Shown here: one piece after another, positions 7,933 to 18,412 of the stretch | Layout: each line of letters opens with the position of its first letter | Position numbering within the stretch: the stretch's first letter is position 1 | From: Armatimonadota bacterium | GTDB taxonomy: Bacteria > Armatimonadota > UBA10988 | DNA: 50,544 nucleotides | NCBI GenBank assembly: GCA_016235455.1 | Contig: JACRKZ010000010.1 | Coordinates: 1-50,544, forward strand | Direction of reading: 5' to 3' | Translations under genes and position numbers: made by a program | Notes under the pieces: generated by a model | Databases searched by the model: none | Told to the model about the DNA's origin: nothing | What the model saw: the letters and a program-made list of their open reading frames with translations, nothing else

Positions 7933-10487
7933 ACGCCTGGGCACTGTCGCTGGTCGTCGCGCTGTCTGGTCTGGCCGCCGCGCAGGAGGTCAAACCGCTG
8001 GTGCTGTCCGACTGCGACAGCCCCGCCGCCTGGGCGGGCGGCAGTCTGGACACCACCAACCTCAAACAAGGGGCCGGTGGCATCCGCTGGGACCACGGCA
8101 AGGATCCAGGCCTCTCGCTGCGGCAATGCCCCACCGACTGGTCGGCCTATGACCGCCTGACCTTCTGGCTCTGGTCGGCCAAGGCCACCGGCTCGCGGTT
8201 CATGCTGCTCATCTACTCTGACAACCCCAAGACCGAGGGCGACGACTACTACTCCGCGTCCATGCAGGCCAACTTCACCGGCTGGAAGCGCTTCAGCTTC
8301 TATCTGCCGCACCTGGGCGTCAATCGCGAGCCGGCGGGCTGGAACCAGATCAACCGGTTCGGCTTCAGCGCCTCGGGCTGGGGCAATGAGCCCAACCCCC
8401 AGACCATGCTGGTGCTTGATGATGTCCAGCTCATCCGAGGAGGTGCCGTCGTGGGACCCAGCCTAAGCGAAGACGAACTGTTCGAGTCACTGGACCTGAC
8501 GCGCCCGGAGTTGGCGGCCGTCAAGGCGGCGCTGGCCAAGGACGACAAGGCCACTGCCCGGCACGCGCTGGCCGCCTACTACCGCGCGCGGACCAACGTC
8601 AAGTACTTCGTGGGTCCAGGTGAGAAGGCCAACCCCAAACCGGCCAAGCCTGACACGGCGCGGGCCGAACGCGCGATGCGCCACCAGCTCGAGAGCATCG
8701 GCATCCAGCACGAGTTCGGCGCGGTCATCGACTGGCACTTCGACAAGACGGCCGAACCTGGCACAACCCGCGCGCTCAATCCCGAGTGGACCTGGCAGCT
8801 CAATCGCCACGCCGACTGGATTGCGCTGAGCCGGGCGTACCGCGACACCGGCGATGAGAAGTACGCCACCGAGTTCGTCGCCCAGATGACCCAATGGTCG
8901 CGGGATTGCCCGGTGCCCGAAGATTCCGCCAATGGCTACCGCTCGGCCTGGCGCACCATCGAGACCGGCATCCGCGCGGCGCAGATCTGGCCCGAGCTGT
9001 GGAATCGCTTCCTGCTCTCCCCGGCCATGACCGATGACGCGCTGATGGTCTTCCTCCGGGCCTACATCGACCACGCGCGACACCTGATGGCCTTCCACAC
9101 CAGCGGCAACTGGCTGGCCATGGAGGCCAACGGCCTGTATCACGTCGGCGCGCTGTTCCCCGAGTTCCGCGACGCGCCGGCCTGGCGCAAGACCGGCGCC
9201 GACTGGACGTATGCGGAGATGGAGAACCAGGTCTATCCCGACGGCATCCAGATTGAGCTGGCCAGCGGCTACCACCATGTCAGCCTGGGCAACTTCCTGG
9301 GCGTGTTCAAGATCGCCCGGCTCAACAATCTGGAGCTGCCGGCCGACTTCCTCGCGCGCCTGGAGCGCATGTACGACTTCGACACGCTGGGCAGCCTGCC
9401 CGACCGGCGCCTGCCCGCGGTGCAGGACGGCGGCTACATGGGCGTGCAGGGCGCCCTGCGCGAAGCGGCCGAGTTGTTCCCCGCGCGCTTGGACTTCCGT
9501 TGGTACGCCACGGAGGGCAAGGAAGGCGCGCCGCCCAAGCAGACCAGCTACGGCTTCCCCTATGCCGGTTACTACTTCCAGCGGTCGGGCTGGGAGAGCG
9601 ATGCGCGCTGCCTCATGTTCGACGGCGGCCCGTTTGGCTACGGCCATCAGCACGAGGACAAGCTGGAGATCATCGTCCACGCCTACGGGAAACTGCTGCT
9701 CCTCGACCCCGGTGTCTACACGTACGAACGCAGCAAGTGGCGCAGCTACTTCTGCGATTCGCAGAGCCACAACGTGGTGCTGGTGGACGGTCAGCCGCAA
9801 CGCCGCGCCGGCCGGCCGCGTGAGCAGTATGTCGTCAAACAGCCGCTACCCCACGTCTGGGAGACGGCGGCCGACCACGACTACGTCGAGGCGACTTACG
9901 ACGAGCCGTTTGGCGGCGCGGTCAAACTCGGCGTGAAGCACACGCGCCGCGTGCTGTTCGTCAAGCCCGACTACTGGGTCATGCTCGACAGCCTGGAGAG
10001 CGTGGACGGCAAGCCGCACAGCTACGACGCGCTGTTCCACTTCAACTACGGCAAGCTGGCGCTCGATGGGCTGCGCGCGCGCACCGAGTATGCCGAGTCG
10101 GCCAATCTCTCGGTCACCGCGGCGCCGCGGGCTGGCCTGAAGCTGAGCATGGTGGAGGGCCGCGAAGACCCGGTGCAGGGCTGGCTCATCGAGGGCAGCA
10201 GCCGCGCCAAGCCAGCGCCGGTGGGCATCTACACCTGGCAGGGCGACCGCACGAGCCACCTCCTGACGGTGCTCATGCCCTACCGCCAAGGCGCGGTCGA
10301 TCCCATCGCACGCGTGGAAGCGCTGGGTGAGGACGGCCTGGGCGCGACCATCGTGTTTGGCGACGGACGAAGCCACCAGGTGCGGTTCTCGGGCGGCGCA
10401 CCGGCCGAGCTGCAGCTCGGCGCCGTGCACGGCAAGGGCCGCGCGCTCTGGTCCAACGGAACCCAAAGCATCGCGGCCGGCGGGTAA
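7929..10487 (+). CDS. heparinase II/III-family polysaccharide lyase with signal peptide and N-terminal carbohydrate-binding-like domain
   Basis: EWTWQLNRH, WRTIETGIR, GNWLAME, QVYPDG.QIELASGYH, GHQHEDKL, DPGVYTY, HN motifs. Confidence 0.88.
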   Translation: MNAWALSLVVALSGLAAAQEVKPLVLSDCDSPAAWAGGSLDTTNLKQGAGGIRWDHGKDPGLSLRQCPTDWSAYDRLTFWLWSAKATGSRFMLLIYSDNPKTEGDDYYSASMQANFTGWKRFSFYLPHLGVNREPAGWNQINRFGFSASGWGNEPNPQTMLVLDDVQLIRGGAVVGPSLSEDELFESLDLTRPELAAVKAALAKDDKATARHALAAYYRARTNVKYFVGPGEKANPKPAKPDTARAERAMRHQLESIGIQHEFGAVIDWHFDKTAEPGTTRALNPEWTWQLNRHADWIALSRAYRDTGDEKYATEFVAQMTQWSRDCPVPEDSANGYRSAWRTIETGIRAAQIWPELWNRFLLSPAMTDDALMVFLRAYIDHARHLMAFHTSGNWLAMEANGLYHVGALFPEFRDAPAWRKTGADWTYAEMENQVYPDGIQIELASGYHHVSLGNFLGVFKIARLNNLELPADFLARLERMYDFDTLGSLPDRRLPAVQDGGYMGVQGALREAAELFPARLDFRWYATEGKEGAPPKQTSYGFPYAGYYFQRSGWESDARCLMFDGGPFGYGHQHEDKLEIIVHAYGKLLLLDPGVYTYERSKWRSYFCDSQSHNVVLVDGQPQRRAGRPREQYVVKQPLPHVWETAADHDYVEATYDEPFGGAVKLGVKHTRRVLFVKPDYWVMLDSLESVDGKPHSYDALFHFNYGKLALDGLRARTEYAESANLSVTAAPRAGLKLSMVEGREDPVQGWLIEGSSRAKPAPVGIYTWQGDRTSHLLTVLMPYRQGAVDPIARVEALGEDGLGATIVFGDGRSHQVRFSGGAPAELQLGAVHGKGRALWSNGTQSIAAGG

Positions 10488-10534
10488 GCCCCACCGGCCG
10501 CGATGCTGCATGGTGTCGAGCGCCCGGCGGTCGA

Positions 10535-11185
<651 letters not shown>

Positions 11186-11230
11186 CAGGTGATCCTCCTG
11201 CTTCGGGGACGTACGCGCCCCGCGCTTCCT

Positions 11231-11259
11231 AGCATATGCACCGCGCGGCGCCACGTCAA
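11231..11259 (-). promoter_or_regulatory. sigma70 promoter of prepilin copy 1
   Basis: TTGACG-17 nt-TATGCT on the minus strand. Confidence 0.7.
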
Positions 11260-11440
11260 ACACCATCATGCGGCCCCTGGCTGCCCGCCGCCGTTAAGTT
11301 CCCGCAACGTGGCCAGGCCGATATACCCGCGCGGGTAGATACCACGGAGGCTGGTAGCGCGCGCCGTGCACCGCTGCGGCAGGGCAAGCGTTGGCCTCGC
11401 GCGCGAGTGGTCTCCGCGGCGCACGAAGCGCCCCAACCGC

Positions 11441-11471
11441 CGCGGCCGACGGGCATGGCCCGCCGGCCGCG
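11441..11471. terminator. GC-rich hairpin downstream of prepilin copy 2
   Basis: CGCGGCCGACGGGC/GCCCGCCGGCCGCG stem; no U-tract. Confidence 0.4.
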
Positions 11472-11505
11472 AGAACAGGTCACGGATTGCGACGCGGCGC
11501 ACCCA

Positions 11506-12156
<651 letters not shown>

Positions 12157-12200
12157 CGGGTGATCCTCCTGCCTCGGGTCCAATACTCCCCGTATTTGCT

Positions 12201-12229
12201 AGCTTATTCAGCGGGAGACGCATCGTCAA
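12201..12229 (-). promoter_or_regulatory. sigma70 promoter of prepilin copy 2
   Basis: TTGACG-17 nt-TAAGCT on the minus strand. Confidence 0.7.
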
Positions 12230-12289
12230 ATACAATCCGCCATTGAACGCTTGCCGCACCGTCGTTACACGAACGCTACATCAGCACCC

Positions 12290-12317
12290 TTGCATACCCA
12301 GCGGGGTATGGTATACT
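12290..12317 (+). promoter_or_regulatory. promoter with overlapping CsoR/CstR-type operator
   Basis: TTGCAT-16 nt-TATACT with extended TG; palindrome CATACCC-AGCG-GGGTATG spans the spacer. Confidence 0.6.
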
Positions 12318-12336
12318 AAGGCCAGTGGAGAACGAC

Positions 12337-12933
12337 ATGGGCTCGATGGCGGGCAAGGTGCTGCTGGCGATGGCCGCGGCGTATGCATGGCACAGGTTGG
12401 TGGCGGGTCGCGACGGCGGCACCTGCCCTTTGATGTGCTCGCCGTGGCGGGCGCTGGCGTTCGGCTCGGTGTTTGGATTGATGTGGGCCTGGCCGGCGCG
12501 GACGGCACCTGCGGCGAGCGGGCCGCTGTCGGCCGAACTGGCGGGTATCGAGCGCAAGGAGACGAAGATGGCTAGCGTGAAGACTGGTGTTCCGGTGCAT
12601 GTCGATGAGTCGACCTTTGCCGAGTTGGTGCGCACGGCGGACAAGCCGCTGGTGATCGACGCCTACGCCGACTGGTGCGGCCCGTGCAAGATGCTCGCGC
12701 CGGAGTTGGAGAAGGCGGCGGCCAGCTTGGGCGACCGCGCCTATGTCATCAAGATCAACGTCGACGAGAGCCCACAGGCCGCGGCGGCGTTGCATGTGCG
12801 CAGCATCCCGGCGCTGTTCGTGGTCAAGGGCGACGCCATCGTCGACCGCTGGGTCGGCTTCAGCGATGCGGCCAGCATCGTCGAGCGCGCCGAAAAGCAG
12901 TTCAGCAGCCAGCCCGTGCCCGCGGGCAGCTAG
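12337..12933 (+). CDS. thioredoxin with N-terminal two-TM Cys-containing (DUF6132-like) domain
   Basis: WCGPC active site, cis-Pro loop SIP; N-terminal GTCPLMCSPW between two hydrophobic helices. Confidence 0.85.
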   Translation: MGSMAGKVLLAMAAAYAWHRLVAGRDGGTCPLMCSPWRALAFGSVFGLMWAWPARTAPAASGPLSAELAGIERKETKMASVKTGVPVHVDESTFAELVRTADKPLVIDAYADWCGPCKMLAPELEKAAASLGDRAYVIKINVDESPQAAAALHVRSIPALFVVKGDAIVDRWVGFSDAASIVERAEKQFSSQPVPAGS

Positions 12934-12937
12934 GAAC

Positions 12938-12972
12938 CAGCCGGGTGGGTGCCGACGGTGCCCACCCGGCTG
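12938..12972. terminator. hairpin after the thioredoxin gene
   Basis: CAGCCGGGTGGG...CCCACCCGGCTG 12-bp perfect stem. Confidence 0.5.
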
Positions 12973-12985
12973 TATCATGCTCTGT

Positions 12986-14152
12986 GTGAACCAACAACCG
13001 ACCAGCACCAACGCCGAGCCGTGGGCCGTCTACATTCACGTGCCCTTCTGTGGCCGGCGTTGTGCCTATTGTGACTTCGCTACCTCGGCCCTCCCCTCTG
13101 CCGGGCCAGCTGCCGATGCGCTGAAGAGCCGCTACGTCCAGACGGTGTTGGCCGAAATCGGCCAGAGCGCCCAGCGACCGGCGAGCAGCGTCTACTTCGG
13201 CGGCGGCACGCCCACCCAGCTGGCGGCCGACCAACTTCTGTCCATCCTCGACTCGCTCCGCGCCCACGGCGGCATCCTGCCCGGCGCCGAAGTGACCATC
13301 GAGGCCAACCCCACCACGGCCGAGGGGGCACTCTTCGCCGCGCTGCGCCAAGGCGGGTTCAATCGACTGAGCATGGGCTTCCAGAGCCTCGACGACCGTC
13401 TGCTGGCCGAGCTCGGCCGCACCCACAGCGCCGCCGAAGCGCGGGCCGCGTACCATGTGGCCCGCGGCGCCGGGTTCGACAACGTCAGCCTGGACCTGAT
13501 GTTCAACCTGCCCGGCCAGACACTCGAGGACTTCCAGCGCGACCTGGAAGGCGTGGTGGCGCTGGGACCCGAGCATCTCTCGCTGTACAGCCTGACCGTC
13601 GAGGAGGGCACGCCGTTCGCCGCGCGCGCCGCCCGCGGCGACCTGATCCTGCCCGACGAGGAGGTGGACGCGGCGATGTTCGAGTGGGCCCACGACTGGC
13701 TGCCCTCCGTGGGCTATGGCGCCTACGAGATCAGCAACTTCGCGCGGGCCGGCCGCGAGAGCCGCCACAACAGCGCGTACTGGCGCAACGAGGAGTACCG
13801 TGGCTACGGGCCTGGCGCGGCGTCCTATGTGGCGCGCCGGCGCTGGCTCAACCACGCCGATCTGGAACGCTGGCGGGCGGCCGTGTTCCAACAGATCGAC
13901 GATCTGGCCGACTCGGAAACACGGGACGAGGACGGCGAGCGACGCGAGACCATGTACCTGGGGCTAAGGCGGTTGGCCGGGGTGGACACCGCGTGGTATG
14001 AACAACGCTATGGCGCGCCGCCCGAAGCATGGTTCTCCGCGGAACTCGGCCGCTTGGTGGCAGCGGGCTGGATCGAACGGACGGATACCGCCTGGCGACT
14101 GACGCGCGCGGGCCTGATGGTGGCCAACCGCGTCTTCATGGAGTTTGTGTAG
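12986..14152 (+). CDS. hemW: radical SAM heme chaperone HemW (HemN-like)
   Basis: YIHVPFCGRRCAYCDF, YFGGGTPT, IEANP, YEISNF, HNSAYW; start GTG 12986 or ATG 12977. Confidence 0.92.
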   Translation: MNQQPTSTNAEPWAVYIHVPFCGRRCAYCDFATSALPSAGPAADALKSRYVQTVLAEIGQSAQRPASSVYFGGGTPTQLAADQLLSILDSLRAHGGILPGAEVTIEANPTTAEGALFAALRQGGFNRLSMGFQSLDDRLLAELGRTHSAAEARAAYHVARGAGFDNVSLDLMFNLPGQTLEDFQRDLEGVVALGPEHLSLYSLTVEEGTPFAARAARGDLILPDEEVDAAMFEWAHDWLPSVGYGAYEISNFARAGRESRHNSAYWRNEEYRGYGPGAASYVARRRWLNHADLERWRAAVFQQIDDLADSETRDEDGERRETMYLGLRRLAGVDTAWYEQRYGAPPEAWFSAELGRLVAAGWIERTDTAWRLTRAGLMVANRVFMEFV

Positions 14153-14153
14153 C

Positions 14154-15002
14154 ATGTATTCCGACGCCACGCGACCGCGATCGCGCTGGTGGTGGGTGCT
14201 GGGTCTGCTGCTGGTGCTGCTTGTGCTGCGCCAGACACGACCGGGCCAGCCCGCCACTGACGTCGGCACGCGCGCCGTGGACACCACGCTACGTCCCGCG
14301 CGCGTGGCGCTCAGCGCCACGGGCGGCTGGCTGGCGGACACCTGGGGCAACCTGACCCATCTACGCTCACTGAACCGGCGAAGCCACGCCCTCGAGGGGG
14401 AGCTGGCCAGGAACCAGAGCCAGGCCGCGCAGCTCGTCGAACTGCGTGCGGAGGTTACCCGCCTGCGCCGTCTGGCCGACCTGCGGCAGGCGTTGGACCG
14501 GCCCAGCGTCTCGGCGCGCGCCATCGGCCGCAGCCCCAGCCCCTGGTTTCGCACGCTGACGCTGAACGTTGGCGCGCGCCGCGGCGTGCAGACCGGCTGC
14601 GCCGTCGTGGCGCCGGAAGGCCTTGTCGGCCAGGTCTACCAGGTGGCCGCCGGCACCTGCCGCGTGCTCTGCGTGGTGGACCGGCTGGGCAGTGCCGGGG
14701 TGCGCCTGCAGCCGCCGCCGGCACGGTCCGTTGTCGGCGTGGCGCGGGGCGACGGCAACAACCTGTGCACGCTGGCCTACGACGGGCTGGAGGCCAAGGT
14801 CAACGCCGGCGACGTGGTGGTCACCTCGGGCCAGGAGGCAGGCAGTCTGTTCCCCGCGGGCCTGGTGGTCGGTCGCGTGGCCAAGGTGGAGAAGCGGCCC
14901 CACGAATCCTCGATGCGACTGACTATCCAACCGGCGGTTCTGCCCGAGCAGGTGGAGGAAGTGTCGATCCTGCTGCCCGAGCCCGAGGACACACGGCCGT
15001 GA
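14154..15002 (+). CDS. mreC: rod shape-determining protein MreC
   Basis: TM + coiled coil + VVAPEGLVGQV, GDVVVTSG, FPAGLVVGRV. Confidence 0.9.
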   Translation: MYSDATRPRSRWWWVLGLLLVLLVLRQTRPGQPATDVGTRAVDTTLRPARVALSATGGWLADTWGNLTHLRSLNRRSHALEGELARNQSQAAQLVELRAEVTRLRRLADLRQALDRPSVSARAIGRSPSPWFRTLTLNVGARRGVQTGCAVVAPEGLVGQVYQVAAGTCRVLCVVDRLGSAGVRLQPPPARSVVGVARGDGNNLCTLAYDGLEAKVNAGDVVVTSGQEAGSLFPAGLVVGRVAKVEKRPHESSMRLTIQPAVLPEQVEEVSILLPEPEDTRP

Positions 15003-15487
15003 GCGACCGCGTCCCGGCCTGGGTGCCATGGATGTGCCTCGTCGCGGTACTCCTGCAGAGCCACTTGGCCTACCGGATGGGCTGGGCCGGTGAGTTCTGT
15101 GACCTGTCGCTGGCCGTGGCCCTGTCCTGCGCCTTGGCGGCCGGTGAGGAGACGGGGATTCTGGCCGGCCTCGTGGTGGGCCTGCTCATGGGCTACAGCG
15201 CCGGCCTGGCCCTGCCGGCGTTCATCGTGTCGCGCGTGGTGGCCGCCGGCGCCGTGGGCCGCATGCGGTTCGTCGTGCATGCGGGCAACCCGCTGGCCCA
15301 GGTGGGCGTCGTGGCCCTGGGCGCGGTGGGGGCGGAGGTGCTGTTCGCGCTCTTCTACCCAGCGGTACTCGGCCAGCCAGGCTGGTTCGAGCGCGTGCTG
15401 TTCCGCGCCGGGCTGACCGCGATTGTGACGCTTCCGGTGGCATGGCTGCTATCATGGTTGCCACTGCCCGAGGAGCGGATGGCTTGA
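14999..15487 (+). CDS. mreD: rod shape-determining protein MreD-like
   Basis: very hydrophobic 162 aa; GTGA overlap with the mreC stop. Confidence 0.7.
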   Translation: MSDRVPAWVPWMCLVAVLLQSHLAYRMGWAGEFCDLSLAVALSCALAAGEETGILAGLVVGLLMGYSAGLALPAFIVSRVVAAGAVGRMRFVVHAGNPLAQVGVVALGAVGAEVLFALFYPAVLGQPGWFERVLFRAGLTAIVTLPVAWLLSWLPLPEERMA

Positions 15488-15942
15488 TGGCACCGTTGAC
15501 AATCCTCTCGCTGGCCGACGAAGAGGCCACACGCCAACTTGGTGCGCGTCTGGGCGCCGCCGCTCGCGCCGGCGATGTGATCGCCTTGCACGGTGAACTC
15601 GGCGCCGGCAAGACCACCCTCGTCCACGGCCTGGCCGCGGCGCTGGCCATCGCGGGGCCCGTACCCAGTCCTACCTTTGTGCTGGTTCGCGAGTATGAGG
15701 GCCGCTTGCGACTGTGGCACGTCGACGCCTACCGCCTGGCCGGCAGCGACGAGGCACTGGCCATCGGCCTGGACGAATGCCTGCCCGGTGACGGCGTGAC
15801 CTGTGTCGAATGGGCCGAGCGCATCGCCGATCTGGTTCCGCCGACGGCACTGGTCGTGCGGCTGGCCGCTGACGGCGAGGGTCGCCGAGCGGAGTTGTCC
15901 GCGACCGATCTGGCGCGCTGGATGGGAGACGATGTAGCGTGA
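15487..15942 (+). CDS. tsaE: tRNA t6A biosynthesis ATPase TsaE
   Basis: GELGAGKTT, SPTF, HVDAYRL, VEWAE. Confidence 0.95.
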   Translation: MAPLTILSLADEEATRQLGARLGAAARAGDVIALHGELGAGKTTLVHGLAAALAIAGPVPSPTFVLVREYEGRLRLWHVDAYRLAGSDEALAIGLDECLPGDGVTCVEWAERIADLVPPTALVVRLAADGEGRRAELSATDLARWMGDDVA

Positions 15943-16682
15943 GGCACCTGCTGGCCATCGAAGCATCGACGGGCTCGGCCTCCATGGCCGTCATCCGCGG
16001 CGACGCCACGCTGCTCGCCGAGTTCACCTTCGCCGCGCAGCGTACCATGGCGCGCCGCCTGGTGCCCTTGCTCGACACGTTACTGCGCTCGGTCGATCTG
16101 GCGCCGGATGCCATCGACGCGTTGGCCGTGGGCCTCGGGCCCGGCTCATTCACCAGCCTGCGTGTGGCGCTGGCCACCATCAAGGGCATCGCCCTCGGCG
16201 CCGAGCAGGCGCCGCCGGTGCTGGGGGTCGGCTCGCTCGAGGTGCTGGCCGCCGGCGCGCCACTGGGTGTGCGCCGGCCGGTCTGCGCGGTCATCGCGGC
16301 ACCCAAGCGCAGCGTTTACGCGGCGGTCTACGCACGCGTCAACGAGGATCTCACCAACTGCCTGTTCGGGCCGGCGCTGCTGGAGACCAGCGAACTGGCC
16401 GATCGGCTGGCGGCCATCGGCCAGGACGTGGTGGTGGTCGGCCCTACCAGCGCAGCCGACCGCGAGTTGCTCACCGCTGCGGGCGCGTCGTTCCTGCCCG
16501 CGGTCCACGATGTGCCACGGGCGGCGGTACTCGCCCATCTGGCGCTCGGCCGTCTGAACGCGGGCGAACGCCATGATGCGGGCACACTGACGCCGTTGTA
16601 CATTCACCCCTCCGAGCCCGAGGTCAAGCTCGGGCAGACCTTCGCGCGCGCAGGCGGACCCGACGATGCCGGCACTGCCTGA
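15939..16682 (+). CDS. tsaB: tRNA t6A biosynthesis protein TsaB
   Basis: LLAIEAST, AVGLGPGSFTSLRV, LTPLY; located between tsaE and rimI. Confidence 0.92.
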   Translation: MRHLLAIEASTGSASMAVIRGDATLLAEFTFAAQRTMARRLVPLLDTLLRSVDLAPDAIDALAVGLGPGSFTSLRVALATIKGIALGAEQAPPVLGVGSLEVLAAGAPLGVRRPVCAVIAAPKRSVYAAVYARVNEDLTNCLFGPALLETSELADRLAAIGQDVVVVGPTSAADRELLTAAGASFLPAVHDVPRAAVLAHLALGRLNAGERHDAGTLTPLYIHPSEPEVKLGQTFARAGGPDDAGTA

Positions 16683-17145
16683 TGGCTTTACGCTGCGCCC
16701 GGGCGGCCTGGACGACATCGATGCGTTGCAGGCCATCGAGCGGCACTGCTTCCGCGCCTCGCAATCGGCTGAGCAGTACCGCCGTGAGTTGACTTCGCCG
16801 CAGTGCCACACGTTGGTGGTGGAGTTCCAGGGCCATGTCGTGGGCTATGCCATGGCCAACCTGGTGCTCGACGAAGCGCATGTGCCGTCTGTCGGCATCG
16901 CCGAGCCCTATCGCCGCGTCGGGCTGGGGCGCGCCCTGATGGTGCGCATGCTGGAGTTGGTTCGGGCGCATGGCGCGCGACACGTCTACCTGGAAGTGCG
17001 GCGCACCAACCGAGCCGCGCGCCGGCTCTATGAGGGTCTGGGCTTCGAGTTGCTCAGCATCCGTCGCGACTACTACTGGGACCCGCCCGACGACGGCATG
17101 GTCATGCGCCTCGCGTTCGATGGACCGACGCCAGCAGTTCCGTGA
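16666..17145 (+). CDS. rimI: ribosomal protein alanine N-acetyltransferase RimI
   Basis: GNAT motifs RRVGLG, LEVRRTN, LYEGLGF, RRDYY. Confidence 0.9.
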   Translation: MPALPDGFTLRPGGLDDIDALQAIERHCFRASQSAEQYRRELTSPQCHTLVVEFQGHVVGYAMANLVLDEAHVPSVGIAEPYRRVGLGRALMVRMLELVRAHGARHVYLEVRRTNRAARRLYEGLGFELLSIRRDYYWDPPDDGMVMRLAFDGPTPAVP

Positions 17146-18412
17146 CACGAGCCGCGGCTCGGTCGAAGTCGAGCCGCGCCGCCGCCCGCCGCGCGGCGTC
17201 CGCCATGCGCGCTCGGCGTGCCGGATCGACCAGCAGTGGTCGCAACGCGCGCCATAGCTCGCCCGGCACGGCGGCCGCGGGCTCGTTGGGCACGATGATC
17301 CCGGCTTCGCGCGGCACCAGGTCGCGCGCGGAGTAGTGCTCCGTGCTGACCACCGGCACACCTGCCGACAGCGCCTCAGCCAGCGTCAGGCCGTAGCTCT
17401 CGTGGCGCGAGGGGAACACATACACATCGGCCAGGCGCCACAGCGCCTGCTTGCGCGCACCGCTGACATGGCCCAGGAAGCGCACGCGCACCCGATCCAA
17501 CTCGCCGGCCAGGCGTTCCAGCCGCCGACGATAGCGCTGCCCCATCATGTAGGCCGCCTGCCCGCCAATCCACAAGTGCGCGCCGTTGGGCATCTGGCCC
17601 AGTCGTTCACCCAGCGCCAACGACTCGAGCGCGCGCTCGATGCCCTTCTCCGGCGACAACCGGCTCAGCGTGACCAGCAGCGTGTCGCCGATGGCCAGGC
17701 CGCCTTCACGCCGCAGTTCGGCCGCTGCCAGAGCCACGTCCTCTTCGTCGGCGTGATGCGACCAGGCGCCCCACGGCACGACTTCCACTCGCTGCTCGGC
17801 GCCGGGCGTGCAGCGCGCGATGATGCGGCGCATGGCGCTCGATGGCACGATGTGCCGCGCGCTGTGGGCCAACGCCGCGGCCTGCTTGGCGAAGACGAGA
17901 TGCAGCATGTCGGGCAGCGCCGCCACGCCGCCCCGCGCCGCGCGCCAGGCGGCCGACGCCAGCGCCGGGTCGAGCCCGCCCAGGTAAAAGCGGCAGAAGT
18001 AGTCGACCACGTCGACATGCCACAGTGTGACCACAGGGATGCCCGCGGCGGCCAACCGGGCGAAGTCGGGCCCCTCGCTCAAGTCGTTGGCCACCACCAC
18101 CACGTCGTCGCGGTCGGGCCGCGCCAGGATGGCCTCGGTCGCGCGCTGCTCGAAATCGCGACACAGCCGCGCGTAGTCTACCTCGTTGAGGTTGACCAGA
18201 TCGGCCGGCCCGCGGCCGCTCGGCCAGCTGACTGGCACGCGCTGGTAGTCCAGACCTGGCGCCGGCTCGGCATCGCCCAGCCCGAGCAGCGTGGTCGGCA
18301 CGCCGCGCGCCGCCCAGTAGGCGGTAAGCTGGCCAATGACCGCCGCGCCACCACCGATGGGCACTGCGCCGGGCGACACGCCGCCGTGGGCAGCGGTGAC
18401 CAGTATCCTCAT
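17102..18412 (-). CDS. glycosyltransferase family 4
   Basis: SRLSPEKG, ADVYVFPSRHESYGLTLAEALSAGVPVV. Confidence 0.9.
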   Translation of the reverse strand: MRILVTAAHGGVSPGAVPIGGGAAVIGQLTAYWAARGVPTTLLGLGDAEPAPGLDYQRVPVSWPSGRGPADLVNLNEVDYARLCRDFEQRATEAILARPDRDDVVVVANDLSEGPDFARLAAAGIPVVTLWHVDVVDYFCRFYLGGLDPALASAAWRAARGGVAALPDMLHLVFAKQAAALAHSARHIVPSSAMRRIIARCTPGAEQRVEVVPWGAWSHHADEEDVALAAAELRREGGLAIGDTLLVTLSRLSPEKGIERALESLALGERLGQMPNGAHLWIGGQAAYMMGQRYRRRLERLAGELDRVRVRFLGHVSGARKQALWRLADVYVFPSRHESYGLTLAEALSAGVPVVSTEHYSARDLVPREAGIIVPNEPAAAVPGELWRALRPLLVDPARRARMADAARRAAARLDFDRAAARVTELLASVHRTRGA

